DNA of 64,000 nucleotides, from positions 37,292 through 101,291 of the forward strand of contig JABLXH010000006.1 of the NCBI GenBank assembly GCA_013178155.1. The letters are read 5' to 3'. The first letter of the stretch is position 1, and each line of letters begins with the position of its first letter. The position numbers were made by a program, and so were the translations under genes. A model generated the notes under the pieces. That model was given only the letters and a program-made list of their open reading frames with translations, searched no databases and was not told where the DNA came from. This document shows positions 25,998-36,025 of the stretch, piece after piece. This stretch comes from Armatimonadota bacterium (GTDB lineage Bacteria; Armatimonadota; Zipacnadia; Zipacnadales; UBA11051).

Positions 25998-28301
25998 CTA
26001 TTCCCTCTCCCGCAGGAGGAAGATGCGGTCGGTGTAGATCGCTGTCACGGCGTCAGGATTGTTCACGGGCGCGAGCCAGATATACATGCCGCCACGCAGT
26101 TCATGGGCCCCCAGGTCAAAGGTCTTGTATTCCCCGTCCTTGACCTGTTCGATGGGCACATTCATCACGATGACATTGTCTCGCTTGTTGTTGTCATAGA
26201 GGCCGATCTGGAAGGCAATGCCCGTGTCAGCTCTGGCCTCGCAGCGGGCCACGACGTAACAGTGCCACTTGCCGGCGAAACTGCCGGCATCGCCCTCGAT
26301 GGAGAACTGCGTGGCCCACTGCGTGTGGTTGGCGGGCATGCACGCGGCCTTGCCATCCGAGGCCTTCGCGTCGTCCACCACGTTCACCCACGTCGGCGGG
26401 TTGGCCAGGGTGAAGTCGCCCTGCTGGACGTCCTGCCAGTCCTCGTCGGGCAGGCCCTCCGCCTCCCTGGGCCGAGCTGCCGGGCTTCCGGGAGCCGGGA
26501 AGCGGCCGCGCAGGCTGGGGATGAGGCCGTCGAAGCTGGCGCCTTCACGGTACTGACCCACATCGAAAGCCAGGGCCGTTGCGATGAACTCCTCGACGAA
26601 GGCGTTGGGGTCTTCGGGTCCCAGGAAGGGCTTGCCGCTCATCTTCGCCAGGCGCTTGAGGCCCTTGTACCGCTGCAGCCAGGTATGGTCGAGGGGCATC
26701 CGCGCCCGGCGCACACGGGCACTCAGCACGGGGTCTCCCTCCACCAGGCGAGCCGCTTCGGCGAACAGCTCGGTCGCCCGGTTGATGGTGTCCAGGTCCA
26801 TCCAGGACGAGGTGTCCGGCATGTAGCAGGTCAGATAGGTCCCGGACTTCTCCACCGCGTCGTGGATCAGGTCAATGTACTCCTGGAGCGGCCGCGCGGC
26901 AGGCCCATAGTAGCCCTGCAGGAACTCGGCGATGAGCTGCTCCGGGTCGCGGGACGGGTCCCACATGAGATGGGCGAACAGCCAGGCCCGCAGCTCCGGG
27001 AAGTCGCTGCAGGAGCAACCGGCATCGCCTTGCTCGAACAGCCCGATAGCCTTGTTGTCCACGAAGAAGCGGATGTTGTCGGCCAGGACACGCAGGTTCG
27101 GGTGGGGGATCATGTAGTTGGCGAAGTCAGTGACGTAGTCCCAGACGTAGAGCTGTGGCGAGATGGCGCTCCACTGCCGCATATCCTCGGCGAACTTGGC
27201 GTTCTGCGGACCTGTGGCCAGGGGCTGGGAGAAGGAGCACTCAATGGAGCACAAGCGGACGATCACGTTGGGACCGGGCTTGACCAGCTTCGGCGCCTGG
27301 CGGGTGTACTGGTACGCCAAGGTCTCCACCAGAAAGTCCGGGTACTCCTTGGCGATCTCGGCAGCCACGGCGTTGACGAAGCGGATGAGGGGCCCGGACT
27401 GCGAACCCTCCTCGTCCACGATCCTCTGGCAATTCGGGCACTGGCACGGCCCCCAGCAGTCGTTCTGGGCGATGGAGATGATGCCCGCGGTCGGGTTCTT
27501 GCGGATCCACTCCAGGGCGTTGCGGGTCAGTTCCTGGCGCATCTCCTCGTTGGTCAGACAGAGCTGAGCGCCCTCGTAGGTACGCTTGCCGTCAATGAGG
27601 CTGAACCACTCGGGGTGTTGGGCGAAGTACTTGTCGGGCGGGATCAGCGCGTAGAAGGTGTGGCACCAGCCGAGGATGTTGTAGTGGCCCCCGAACTCCT
27701 CCGGGATCTGCGCGAAGTGGCCGTTGCACTTGGACCGCGCCGCGTAGGGCGAAGGGAAGGCACCGCGGTAGAAGGCCTCGCGGTACTGCAGCTTGGGCAC
27801 GTAGGTCTCGCTCAGGTCCGGGATGTCGAGGCTGGGCTTGATGGGGACGAAGGTCTCGTCCTCGCGCGAACCCCACCAGCGGACGCCGACGGTGTCCTCA
27901 AGGAAGGTGTAGACCGCGTACAGCGTGCCCCGCGGTCGGCCGCCGGCCAGGTACAGCCGGTTGCCCTCGGTGCGGATGGCGATGCCGTCATGTTTGAGCT
28001 TGGCCAGATCGAAATCGGGGAAAGCCGCCCGGAAGCGCTCCCCGGGACCGACCACGATCTGCGGGGCGTCGGCGGGAACCTTGGCCTCCGGCTTGATGGG
28101 TAGTACCGCGCCGGTGACCTGCTGCAGGAATGTCTGCAGCTCCAGCGCGGCGGTCTGCTCGGGGGCGATGGCATCCGTCGCCAGAGCGATAGTGTAGTCG
28201 GACTGGCCGTTGGTTACCAGCGGCAGGGCCATGGCGCTTCCGCCTCCTATGATGACGGGGAGTGCGAGGAGCAGCGCAACGAACAGGATACGAGCGTGCA
28301 T
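25998..28301 (-). CDS. secreted DUF4838-like protein (glycoside hydrolase-associated family)
   Basis: Trimmed to MHARILFVALLLALPVIIGGGSAMA (signal peptide), with AAGGAG 8 nt upstream. The CxC..CP.C cluster NDCWGPCQCPNCQ is typical of DUF4838. Confidence 0.4.
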   Translation of the reverse strand: MHARILFVALLLALPVIIGGGSAMALPLVTNGQSDYTIALATDAIAPEQTAALELQTFLQQVTGAVLPIKPEAKVPADAPQIVVGPGERFRAAFPDFDLAKLKHDGIAIRTEGNRLYLAGGRPRGTLYAVYTFLEDTVGVRWWGSREDETFVPIKPSLDIPDLSETYVPKLQYREAFYRGAFPSPYAARSKCNGHFAQIPEEFGGHYNILGWCHTFYALIPPDKYFAQHPEWFSLIDGKRTYEGAQLCLTNEEMRQELTRNALEWIRKNPTAGIISIAQNDCWGPCQCPNCQRIVDEEGSQSGPLIRFVNAVAAEIAKEYPDFLVETLAYQYTRQAPKLVKPGPNVIVRLCSIECSFSQPLATGPQNAKFAEDMRQWSAISPQLYVWDYVTDFANYMIPHPNLRVLADNIRFFVDNKAIGLFEQGDAGCSCSDFPELRAWLFAHLMWDPSRDPEQLIAEFLQGYYGPAARPLQEYIDLIHDAVEKSGTYLTCYMPDTSSWMDLDTINRATELFAEAARLVEGDPVLSARVRRARMPLDHTWLQRYKGLKRLAKMSGKPFLGPEDPNAFVEEFIATALAFDVGQYREGASFDGLIPSLRGRFPAPGSPAARPREAEGLPDEDWQDVQQGDFTLANPPTWVNVVDDAKASDGKAACMPANHTQWATQFSIEGDAGSFAGKWHCYVVARCEARADTGIAFQIGLYDNNKRDNVIVMNVPIEQVKDGEYKTFDLGAHELRGGMYIWLAPVNNPDAVTAIYTDRIFLLRERE

Positions 28302-28338
28302 GGGGTTCACTCCTTGGTGATGGGCGGAATCTTGTGGG

Positions 28339-29442
28339 TCAGAGACAGCCGTTCGGGCATAGCACCGCCTTGACCACCCGCCCGGCCTCGATATCGGCCA
28401 GGGCGTCGTTTGCCTGGTCCAGATTGTAGTACCTGCTGATGACACCGGTCCAGGGCACGGCGTCGCGGAAACGCGCCATGACCTGCAGGGCCTTGTACTG
28501 GTGCGACAGGTCTATGCCCCAGGTGGCCCGCACGTCCAGGTGCTTGCGGTTCAGGTCGTGATGCGGGTTGATGGCCACGGGGCCGCAGTCGGTATACTGC
28601 CCGACCACGACGTACACCCCGGCATCGCGAGTCATCTGCAACCCCTCGGGTATCGCCTGCGGGTTCCCCGAGGCCTCGATGGTGATGTCGGCGCCACGGC
28701 CGCCCGTGAGGTCGCGCACGGCAGCCACACGCTTCTCCGGCGTCGTCGCCTCGATACTGATGACCGCATCGGCGCCCAGTCGCCGCGCCACTTCCAGGCG
28801 AATGTTAGGCGCGCCGATGACGATGACCTGCTGGGCTCCGGCCAGTCTCGCCAGCGCCGCCGCCATCAGTCCCACCGGCCCGCTGCCCTGGACGACCACA
28901 TGGTCGGCCAGGCCGACCTGGCCGCGCTCCACAGCGTGGAAGGCGGTCGGCAGCGCGCAGCCGCCAGCGATGACTTGCTCCGCTGTCAGCCCCTCCGGCA
29001 GCCGCAAGATCTTGACCCCCGGTTTCAGATAGATGGCCTCGCTCCAGCCACCCAGGAGGCCCTCATCCGCGCCATAGGTGATGCCGTAGACCCGGCGGTG
29101 GGGACAGCGCGTGCTGGCCTTGGCCACCAGGCAGTACCAGCAATGGTGGCAGGTCTCATGCACATCCAGGAAGGTGACCGTCTCGCCGACGGCCAGTGTG
29201 CTCCCGAAGGCATCGGTCACCTCGCCGCCTATGGCCGCGATGGTCCCGACGTTGATATGCCCGGGGATGAGCGGGTACGGTACGCCCGGCAGGCGCCCGT
29301 GCTGCAGGTGCACGTCGGTACCGCAGACTTCGGTGTAGAGCGTGCGCAGCAGCACCGCGCCGGGTTCGAGTACCGGGTCGGGAAATTGGCGCAGCTCCAC
29401 AGCCTGACCGGGCGCGGGAATGACAGCGGCAGTTACAGGCAA
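28339..29442 (-). CDS. Zn-dependent medium-chain alcohol dehydrogenase (threonine/sorbitol-DH-like)
   Basis: Catalytic-zinc Cys in EVCGTDVHL. Structural-zinc tetrad CHHCWYCLVAKASTRC. Rossmann motif VQGSGPVGL. Confidence 0.65.
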   Translation of the reverse strand: MPVTAAVIPAPGQAVELRQFPDPVLEPGAVLLRTLYTEVCGTDVHLQHGRLPGVPYPLIPGHINVGTIAAIGGEVTDAFGSTLAVGETVTFLDVHETCHHCWYCLVAKASTRCPHRRVYGITYGADEGLLGGWSEAIYLKPGVKILRLPEGLTAEQVIAGGCALPTAFHAVERGQVGLADHVVVQGSGPVGLMAAALARLAGAQQVIVIGAPNIRLEVARRLGADAVISIEATTPEKRVAAVRDLTGGRGADITIEASGNPQAIPEGLQMTRDAGVYVVVGQYTDCGPVAINPHHDLNRKHLDVRATWGIDLSHQYKALQVMARFRDAVPWTGVISRYYNLDQANDALADIEAGRVVKAVLCPNGCL

Positions 29443-29466
29443 CTATGACCCTCCCGCAGTAGCGTA

Positions 29467-31719
29467 TCACACCTCATGCTCGGTCCGCTGGACCATTTCC
29501 TCCTGGAAGGCCGGGTCCAGTTCCACGAAGAAGGCCGAGAAGCCGCCCACCCGCACGATCAGGTTGCGGTGGCGTTCGGGGTGGCGCTGCGCGTCGCGCA
29601 TGTCCTCGCTGCTGACCGCCGTGACCTGCACCTGCTGCCCGCCGGCCTCGAGGTAGGTGCGCAGCAGGTCAGCCAGCTTTGCCTCGCCTGCCGGGTCTCG
29701 CAGGAGCTTCCCCGGGAAGCGCAGGTTGAGCACCATGGGGCCGTGCACGGCGTCGTTGGGCAGCTTCGCCATGGACCGCAGCACGGCCGTCACGCCGGAG
29801 CGGTCGCGGCCCTGGGCCGGGCCCCCGCAGTCGGCCAGCGGCTCACCTGCTCGGCGGCCGTCGGGGGTGGCGCCGGTCTGGGCTCCGTAGACTACGGCTC
29901 CCGACCAGCCCACGATGTCCAGCCCCCAGTGGCCACCGCGCCAGGTCTCCTGGGCGAACAGCCAGTCATTCATCCGCGTCAGCCAGCGCACCAGCAGGTC
30001 ATCGGCGGCAGGGTTGTCATTGCCGAACTTCGGGACCCGCGTCAGGCAGTACTGGCGGAGAGACTCCTCGCCTTCCCAGTTGCTGTCCAGCACCTCGCGC
30101 AGCTCGGGAAGCGTCAGCCGTTGCTCCTCGAAGACCACCTGCCGGATTGCCACCAGCGAGTCAGCCAGCGTCGTGAAGCCCACCAAGTCCACGAGGCCCT
30201 CGTGGTAGTCGGCCCCGCCGGCCCGCCAGTCGAGTCCCCGCTCGACGCAGGAGTGCGTGGTGAGGGACCGCAGGAAGTCATGAAGGTGTTCGGCTGCCCA
30301 CTGCCGCGTGGCGTTGGTGGCCGCGATGCCCACGCCGAGACAACTGGTCATCTGCTGCCAGACTGCAGCTTCCAGGGCGGCGAAGTCACCATGCTTCTTG
30401 GCCTCACCAGTCCTCGGGCCGACCTGCTCTCCGGTCAGCTCGTCCCGACCGTTGTGCAGGGCCAGAGTCAGGAACTTGGCCGAGTTCGCAAACAGGTCCT
30501 CGTAGCCGCCGTAGGCCCGGCCCTGGGGAATGGTCTGACCGCAGCCGCAGAAGGTGTAGTCGCGGGCATGATCTGGACGCACACCGCGGCGCAGCAGGCC
30601 GGGGACCATGGCCTCATCGTTGACCAGAGTCGGGAAGGTGGCTCCGCTGACCATGCTGCCGACAGCGGCCCGGTACAGCGGCTCGGGAGTCCCCCGGTGC
30701 CAGCGCAGGGCCGTCCGGGGCGACAGCAGCCGTAGCCGGCGGATGCTGTTAAGGCACAGCCAGGTCAGGTCGTTGGTGGCATCGCCGCCTTCGGGAAGCT
30801 GGCCCCCCAGCGTGGCGCCGTAGCAGACATGCTCCGCCATTTTCAGGTAGAGACAGTCGGTGATCTCCTGGGCCTGCTCGAGGTCCAGGGTGCCGGCTTC
30901 CAGCTCGGCCCGCAGCGCGGGCCAGAGGACTTGATCCAGCCGGCCGGGCGAGTCATGCCCGTTCAGCAGGAAGAGGAACTCAAAGAGCTGCACGGCCTGC
31001 AGGAACGTCTTCGGCGCATGCTCGGCGATGTGCCGGCAGTTGGCGGCCAGCCCGTCATCCGCCAGGTCGCATGCCGCTGCATGGGCCAGGATGTAGTCCC
31101 GGACGCCGTCGAGAGAGATGCTCAGCGCCTGATACCAGTCAGCGGCCTCAGGATGGGCCTCACCGTGTCGTGCCACCTTCTCGCGCAGACCGGCCAGGCC
31201 CCCCGACAGGGCCAGGTCGTAGGCCTGCACCGAATGCGCGCCGAGGCAGTTCATCTCCACCACCCGGTGCAGCGCGGGGTTGTGCGCCTCCGCCGGGAGG
31301 TCCGGCGCAGGCCGGGCGGCAAGCCAATCCCGCCAGTAGGCCGCTACAGCCTGGGTCTCCGGGTACTGGGCGGCGAGGGCCTCATCGAGCCGAAAGTCCC
31401 AGATATAGGTGCCCGTGGGGTAAGTGATGACACAGCGCGGCGGCGGGGTTCCCAGCACCAGGTGTCCCGGCACCAGTTGCGGCTGCACCGCCGCTCGCCA
31501 GGCCGCCTGGGCAAGGGCCAGCCGGATCACAGGGGGCTGGTTCTCGTGCGCCAGCCAGGCCTCATGGAAGGGCTCGTACCCCAGGTACTCTCCCGGACCC
31601 TCACCCGGCTTCGGGGCCACCCCCTCGTAGACCTGGCGCTGTCGGTCGCGCAAGTCGTCCAGCCGCTGCCGGAGGGCCTGCACCCGCGGGGTCATGCCGT
31701 CAGGAAGCCGCATCACCAT
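29467..31719 (-). CDS. glycyl radical enzyme, PFL2/glycerol-dehydratase-like family, substrate unknown
   Basis: C-terminal glycyl-radical motif RVGGFSAFFVELD. Also ATPDGRRAGEPLAD and FGNDNPAADDL, which are family-typical. The Cys loop reads FCGCGQT and has no Glu after the Cys. 750 aa. Confidence 0.65.
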   Translation of the reverse strand: MVMRLPDGMTPRVQALRQRLDDLRDRQRQVYEGVAPKPGEGPGEYLGYEPFHEAWLAHENQPPVIRLALAQAAWRAAVQPQLVPGHLVLGTPPPRCVITYPTGTYIWDFRLDEALAAQYPETQAVAAYWRDWLAARPAPDLPAEAHNPALHRVVEMNCLGAHSVQAYDLALSGGLAGLREKVARHGEAHPEAADWYQALSISLDGVRDYILAHAAACDLADDGLAANCRHIAEHAPKTFLQAVQLFEFLFLLNGHDSPGRLDQVLWPALRAELEAGTLDLEQAQEITDCLYLKMAEHVCYGATLGGQLPEGGDATNDLTWLCLNSIRRLRLLSPRTALRWHRGTPEPLYRAAVGSMVSGATFPTLVNDEAMVPGLLRRGVRPDHARDYTFCGCGQTIPQGRAYGGYEDLFANSAKFLTLALHNGRDELTGEQVGPRTGEAKKHGDFAALEAAVWQQMTSCLGVGIAATNATRQWAAEHLHDFLRSLTTHSCVERGLDWRAGGADYHEGLVDLVGFTTLADSLVAIRQVVFEEQRLTLPELREVLDSNWEGEESLRQYCLTRVPKFGNDNPAADDLLVRWLTRMNDWLFAQETWRGGHWGLDIVGWSGAVVYGAQTGATPDGRRAGEPLADCGGPAQGRDRSGVTAVLRSMAKLPNDAVHGPMVLNLRFPGKLLRDPAGEAKLADLLRTYLEAGGQQVQVTAVSSEDMRDAQRHPERHRNLIVRVGGFSAFFVELDPAFQEEMVQRTEHEV

Positions 31720-33110
31720 TCGTCCTCAATGCTCCGGCGGTCGCGCTCCACGTCCTCAAACCAGTTCTCCAGCTCCCGCAGCAGCCGGCTGACTTGCTCC
31801 GGATGCTGCGCCGCCACGTCGGTCTGCTCCAGAGGGTCATCGGCCAGGTTGAAAAGCTGCGGCGCCGGTGGCGGCGGTATCTGCCGCGGGGGCTCGGGGT
31901 CGCGAACCACGCCACGCTCAACCATGGCGTCATGGTCATACATGCAGGTCTGCAGCCACTGGATGTCAGGCACCGCCATCGTCTCGGGGATCGCGGGGCG
32001 CACCAGCTTCCAGTTGCCATCGCGGATGGCGGCATTGGACTCGATGACCGGCGTGTAACGGTTCCACTGCCAACAGCGACGGGTGCACACCTCGCTCCGC
32101 TCGCCCCGCATGAGCGGCGCGACATTCACGCCATCCAGGGGCAGAGAGTCCCCAGCTGGCGCAATGTTTGCCAGCGACAGGATAGTGGGCAGCCAGTCGG
32201 CGAAGTGCACCATCTCGTCCACCTGGGTGCCGTCCGGAAGGCCGTCTGGCCAGCGGGCGATCATCGGCACCCGGATGCCACCCTCGTAGACGCTGCCCTT
32301 GGCGCCCCGGTAGTGGCAGTTGAAGCGGTCCAGGCTAGTGCTGCCCGACCCGCCGAACTGCGGGCCATTGTCGCTGGTGAACAAGACGAGCGTGTTGTCG
32401 CGCAGTCCCGCGTGTTCAAGCGTCTCCAGGATGCGACCGACCCCGCTGTCCATTCGGTGGACCATGCCATAGAGCGTGGCCACGGCCCAGTTCAAGCCCT
32501 CCCTGCCCATGAACGGCTCCGCCTCCGCCGCCGGGACCTGCAGCGGCGTGTGCGGGGCGTTGTAGGTGATATGCAGGAAGAAGGGCTCCCGGCGGTGGCG
32601 CTCGATGAAGCCGCAGGCCTCTTCGGTCCAGACGTCGGTCAGGTACCGCCCATCACCGCGCTCCACGCGGTCCAGCCCGTACTCCAGCCGCCAGTTGTAA
32701 TAGTCGTGCATCCCGCCGCGGAAGCACACCGCCTCGTCAAAGCCACGGCGACAGGGGTGGTAGCGCGGGTCGAAGGCCCCCAAGTGCCACTTGCCGACCA
32801 GCCCGGTGGCATAGCCGTTGGCCCGCAGTATGTCGGCCAGCGTCCGCTCCCGCAGCGCCAGTCGCTCCAGACCCCGCCACTCCAGCGTGTCTATCGAACC
32901 GGTGCGGTGGGGGTAGCGGCCCGTCAGCAAGCAGGCCCGCGAGGGGTTGCATACCGGCGAGGCCGCATAGTGCTGGCTGAAAACGACGCTCTCATCCATC
33001 AGCCCATCCAGTACCGGTGTCGACGACAGCCCGCCATTGAAGGCGGAGAAGTCACCGTAGCCCAGGTCGTCGGCGAGGATGAGGACGATGTTCGGTCTGC
33101 CCACAGGCAT
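31713..33110 (-). CDS. Cys-type sulfatase (formylglycine-dependent)
   Basis: SPVCNPSRACLLTGRYPHRTG is the C-x-P-x-R FGly motif. LILADDLGYGD at the N-terminus and GKWHLG are also present. Confidence 0.8.
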   Translation of the reverse strand: MPVGRPNIVLILADDLGYGDFSAFNGGLSSTPVLDGLMDESVVFSQHYAASPVCNPSRACLLTGRYPHRTGSIDTLEWRGLERLALRERTLADILRANGYATGLVGKWHLGAFDPRYHPCRRGFDEAVCFRGGMHDYYNWRLEYGLDRVERGDGRYLTDVWTEEACGFIERHRREPFFLHITYNAPHTPLQVPAAEAEPFMGREGLNWAVATLYGMVHRMDSGVGRILETLEHAGLRDNTLVLFTSDNGPQFGGSGSTSLDRFNCHYRGAKGSVYEGGIRVPMIARWPDGLPDGTQVDEMVHFADWLPTILSLANIAPAGDSLPLDGVNVAPLMRGERSEVCTRRCWQWNRYTPVIESNAAIRDGNWKLVRPAIPETMAVPDIQWLQTCMYDHDAMVERGVVRDPEPPRQIPPPPAPQLFNLADDPLEQTDVAAQHPEQVSRLLRELENWFEDVERDRRSIEDEW

Positions 33111-33137
33111 GAGTGGCCTCCGGCGGTCACCGTGGCT

Positions 33138-34220
33138 TCAGATGATCTCGAGGGCATCCTTGTCCGGCAGGGGCGGGAAGGGCGCCGTGGGCAGTGTCTG
33201 GTACCAGTAGGCCACTGAGGCGATGTCGACCTGCAAGGGAAGGTACCGCCCGCCGCTGCGCCACCCGAGCGCCTGGATGGTCACCCGCAAGTCCTCCTCA
33301 AAGCGGATCGGGTCCATGATGTGCCAGCGGTAGAGCCCGAAGCGCTGCTGCGAGGCATACAGCCCGTCGGGCCGGATGACCTGCGACAGTCCCGCATAGG
33401 GCGTGGTGAACTCCTCGTAGCGGTGCTCCACCTGGTTCTCGAAGTTGTAGCTGCCGCAGAAGTAGTCCTCGGTGCCGGTGCCGCAGATGGTGGGGAACTC
33501 GCCATCGCCGTCCAGGAAGAACTTGATCTCACCTTCGCCCCACCAGCCGGTGTTGTTCACCTGCCAGGCCATGTAGGTCCCCACGTAATGCCCCTGACCG
33601 CGAACGCCGTCGAGAATGGTGTAGACCTCCTTGTAGGGCAGGGGGTTGGTGCGGCGAAACTGGGCGTGGAAGTAGGCGGCATCGTCGGGCACATCGGTGA
33701 GCGTGTAGTCTATCTGGTAGTAAAGGACCATCGGTTCGGTGGCGATGTTCGTCATGGTGATGCGGCAGCGCTTGCGGAAGGGCATCTCCCAGTAGCAGTT
33801 CAGGGCGCTGCCGGGGTTGACGCAGACCGCCAGTGACGACAGGGGTGCGTACTTCTGCCAGCCGCAGGCGAAGAAGTCACCCACCGGGCATTCCACCGCC
33901 GGCTGCTCCTGGTCGTCCCAGTAGATGCGCAGGATGGAGAAGCGCCAGTGACCGGTGGGAGTCATCCAGATGTGCTGGATGGCCCCGGAACCCTGAATGT
34001 CGGCCAGAGTGAAGGTCTCCCCGGCCTCGATACGGATGGAAGGCGAGATCTTCCAGCCTTGCCCCAGGTCCCGGGCGCAAGAGGCGCCGGTGCCCTCGGT
34101 GGCCATGCCGGCTTTGCCCTTCTCGCCGGTGAAGTTCTCGGCGGAGATGGAGCGGCTCTTGGCCCTGGAGAGCCGCGGGAGATTCCCCAGGTTCATACCT
34201 AGACCGTTGAAGTCAGACAT
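33138..34220 (-). CDS. DUF2961/GH172 family protein
   Basis: GTGTEDYFCGSYNF and the overall length (360 aa) match the DUF2961 (GH172) family. Confidence 0.5.
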   Translation of the reverse strand: MSDFNGLGMNLGNLPRLSRAKSRSISAENFTGEKGKAGMATEGTGASCARDLGQGWKISPSIRIEAGETFTLADIQGSGAIQHIWMTPTGHWRFSILRIYWDDQEQPAVECPVGDFFACGWQKYAPLSSLAVCVNPGSALNCYWEMPFRKRCRITMTNIATEPMVLYYQIDYTLTDVPDDAAYFHAQFRRTNPLPYKEVYTILDGVRGQGHYVGTYMAWQVNNTGWWGEGEIKFFLDGDGEFPTICGTGTEDYFCGSYNFENQVEHRYEEFTTPYAGLSQVIRPDGLYASQQRFGLYRWHIMDPIRFEEDLRVTIQALGWRSGGRYLPLQVDIASVAYWYQTLPTAPFPPLPDKDALEII

Positions 34221-34381
34221 GCCTGCCTCCTCAGAGACCGGGACCGTCGGCCCGACCGGTTTCGTGTCCAGTGAAGCGCAGGTGTTCGGGGCAGGTGGCG
34301 GTGAGACCTTCCGTCAGTCCGGAGGTCGCGCCGCTGACCAGGATGAAGTTGCCGCTACACGCGTCTGGAAAGGGTGCCACG

Positions 34382-36016
34382 ATGAGCGACATCCACTGGT
34401 TCGAACTGTCGGAGTTGGAGCCGCCGCCGGTGCACAACTATGAGGTGGACCCGGAGGATTGGCGTTGTCGCGCCCGGCGGGACCGGGTGCGGCCGTTACT
34501 GGCCCGCAGGGCGGCCGCCGAGGCGCGGCGGGCTCAGGCCACGGCGCTTGGCATCAGGGACGGCGTGGCGGCTCTGGAGTTCTCCCCCGAGGAAGCGCTG
34601 GCGAACGTGCGCGTCTTCGCGGACGCGGCCCATGCGCGGGGTCTGCGCCTGGTGGTGCAGAGCGGAGCCTATGACCTGACCCAGCCGCTGGCCGCCGGCC
34701 TGCCGGCGGCGGCACAGCCCGTCCTCTCGGAGGCTGAGCTGCGGGCCCACGGGGCCGACGCAGTGACGACCTTCGTGCCGGTGCGGGCGACCACCGGCAA
34801 CGCAGATGATGCTCTGCGCATCGAGGCCGACCGCATAGATCGTGAGCTCCGGGCGCGGCACCTGCTGGACCGCCAGGTCTACACCGTGCTGGACATGCGC
34901 TATGCTCTGGACGCGCCGGAGAACGAGTGGCAGGAGGACGCCGACTGGCTCACCGGCCTGTACGCCGCCGCCATGTGCTTCGCCTATCGCGCCACGGGTG
35001 AGGAGCGCTATGCTGCCCAGGCGCGGGAGGCTTGCGAGGCACTGCTGGAGTTGAGCACGGTGTCCGGCGTGCCGGGCGTCGTGGCACGCCAGATTCGACG
35101 GCAGCGACCCGCCGATGTGAAGACCGGTCGCAAGCGCTGGCACGAGGCCCCTGACGGCCGTGACTGGTGGTCCGGCGACACCAGCCGCGACCAGCTCAGC
35201 GGCCACTTTTTGGGCCTGGCAGTCTGCTATGACCTGCTGGAGGACGAGGAGTTGGGGGACCGGATCCGCACCGTGGTCCGCGACACGGTGGACCGCATCA
35301 TGGAGGGGGGCATGTGGCTGCGGGACCCGGACGGCAGCTTCTGTACCCACGCCAACTTCTTCGTCGCCACCTTCTGCGGGCTGGCTAGCCTGAAGATTGC
35401 CCACCATCTGACGGGCGAGGGGCGGTTCCAGGACCACTACCTGCGGATGATTGACCCCCATGCCTTCTTGGCCCACGCCATGCGTGAGTGCGGGCGGCAG
35501 CAGGACCCGTTCTTTCAGCACTATCAGCAGGACTCGCCGCTGTACCACCTGCTGACCTACGAAACCGACCCGACCCTCAAGCGCGCCTACGCCCGCTGTC
35601 TGCGGGCGCTGCACCCCGATTCACTGGCCAATGGGAACTGCTACCACCTGGTGGCCCATGCCGCCTTCCAACCGGAGACAGGCAAGGGAGCGCTGGTGCG
35701 CGACGAGCTCGCGGCCTTCAGCGAGATGCAGCTTTCGGTGCCGCTGTGGCGGGAGCGGGTGGCGGAGGCACTCGACGGCGACGACCCGACACTGGGCGAT
35801 AGCTCGCGGCGGAACCTCCGGGCACTGCTGGAAGGCAAGCACGAGGGCTTGGACCCGGACGCGCTCTACGTGCCGATGCGCTGGCGCCCACCGATGGAGT
35901 TTGGCTGGCAATACCACCGCCACGGCCTCCCCGGCACCCACGGCCCCCACACCCGCTACTCGGGCGTGGACTACCTCATCGCCTTCTGGATGGGGCGCTA
36001 CCACGGGGTGCTGTGA
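34382..36016 (+). CDS. hypothetical protein, possible (alpha/alpha)-toroid glycan-active enzyme
   Basis: Trimmed to ATG at 34382 (MSDIHWF...). 544 aa. No family is recognised. Confidence 0.4.
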   Translation: MSDIHWFELSELEPPPVHNYEVDPEDWRCRARRDRVRPLLARRAAAEARRAQATALGIRDGVAALEFSPEEALANVRVFADAAHARGLRLVVQSGAYDLTQPLAAGLPAAAQPVLSEAELRAHGADAVTTFVPVRATTGNADDALRIEADRIDRELRARHLLDRQVYTVLDMRYALDAPENEWQEDADWLTGLYAAAMCFAYRATGEERYAAQAREACEALLELSTVSGVPGVVARQIRRQRPADVKTGRKRWHEAPDGRDWWSGDTSRDQLSGHFLGLAVCYDLLEDEELGDRIRTVVRDTVDRIMEGGMWLRDPDGSFCTHANFFVATFCGLASLKIAHHLTGEGRFQDHYLRMIDPHAFLAHAMRECGRQQDPFFQHYQQDSPLYHLLTYETDPTLKRAYARCLRALHPDSLANGNCYHLVAHAAFQPETGKGALVRDELAAFSEMQLSVPLWRERVAEALDGDDPTLGDSSRRNLRALLEGKHEGLDPDALYVPMRWRPPMEFGWQYHRHGLPGTHGPHTRYSGVDYLIAFWMGRYHGVL

Positions 36017-36025
36017 GGCGGCGTC

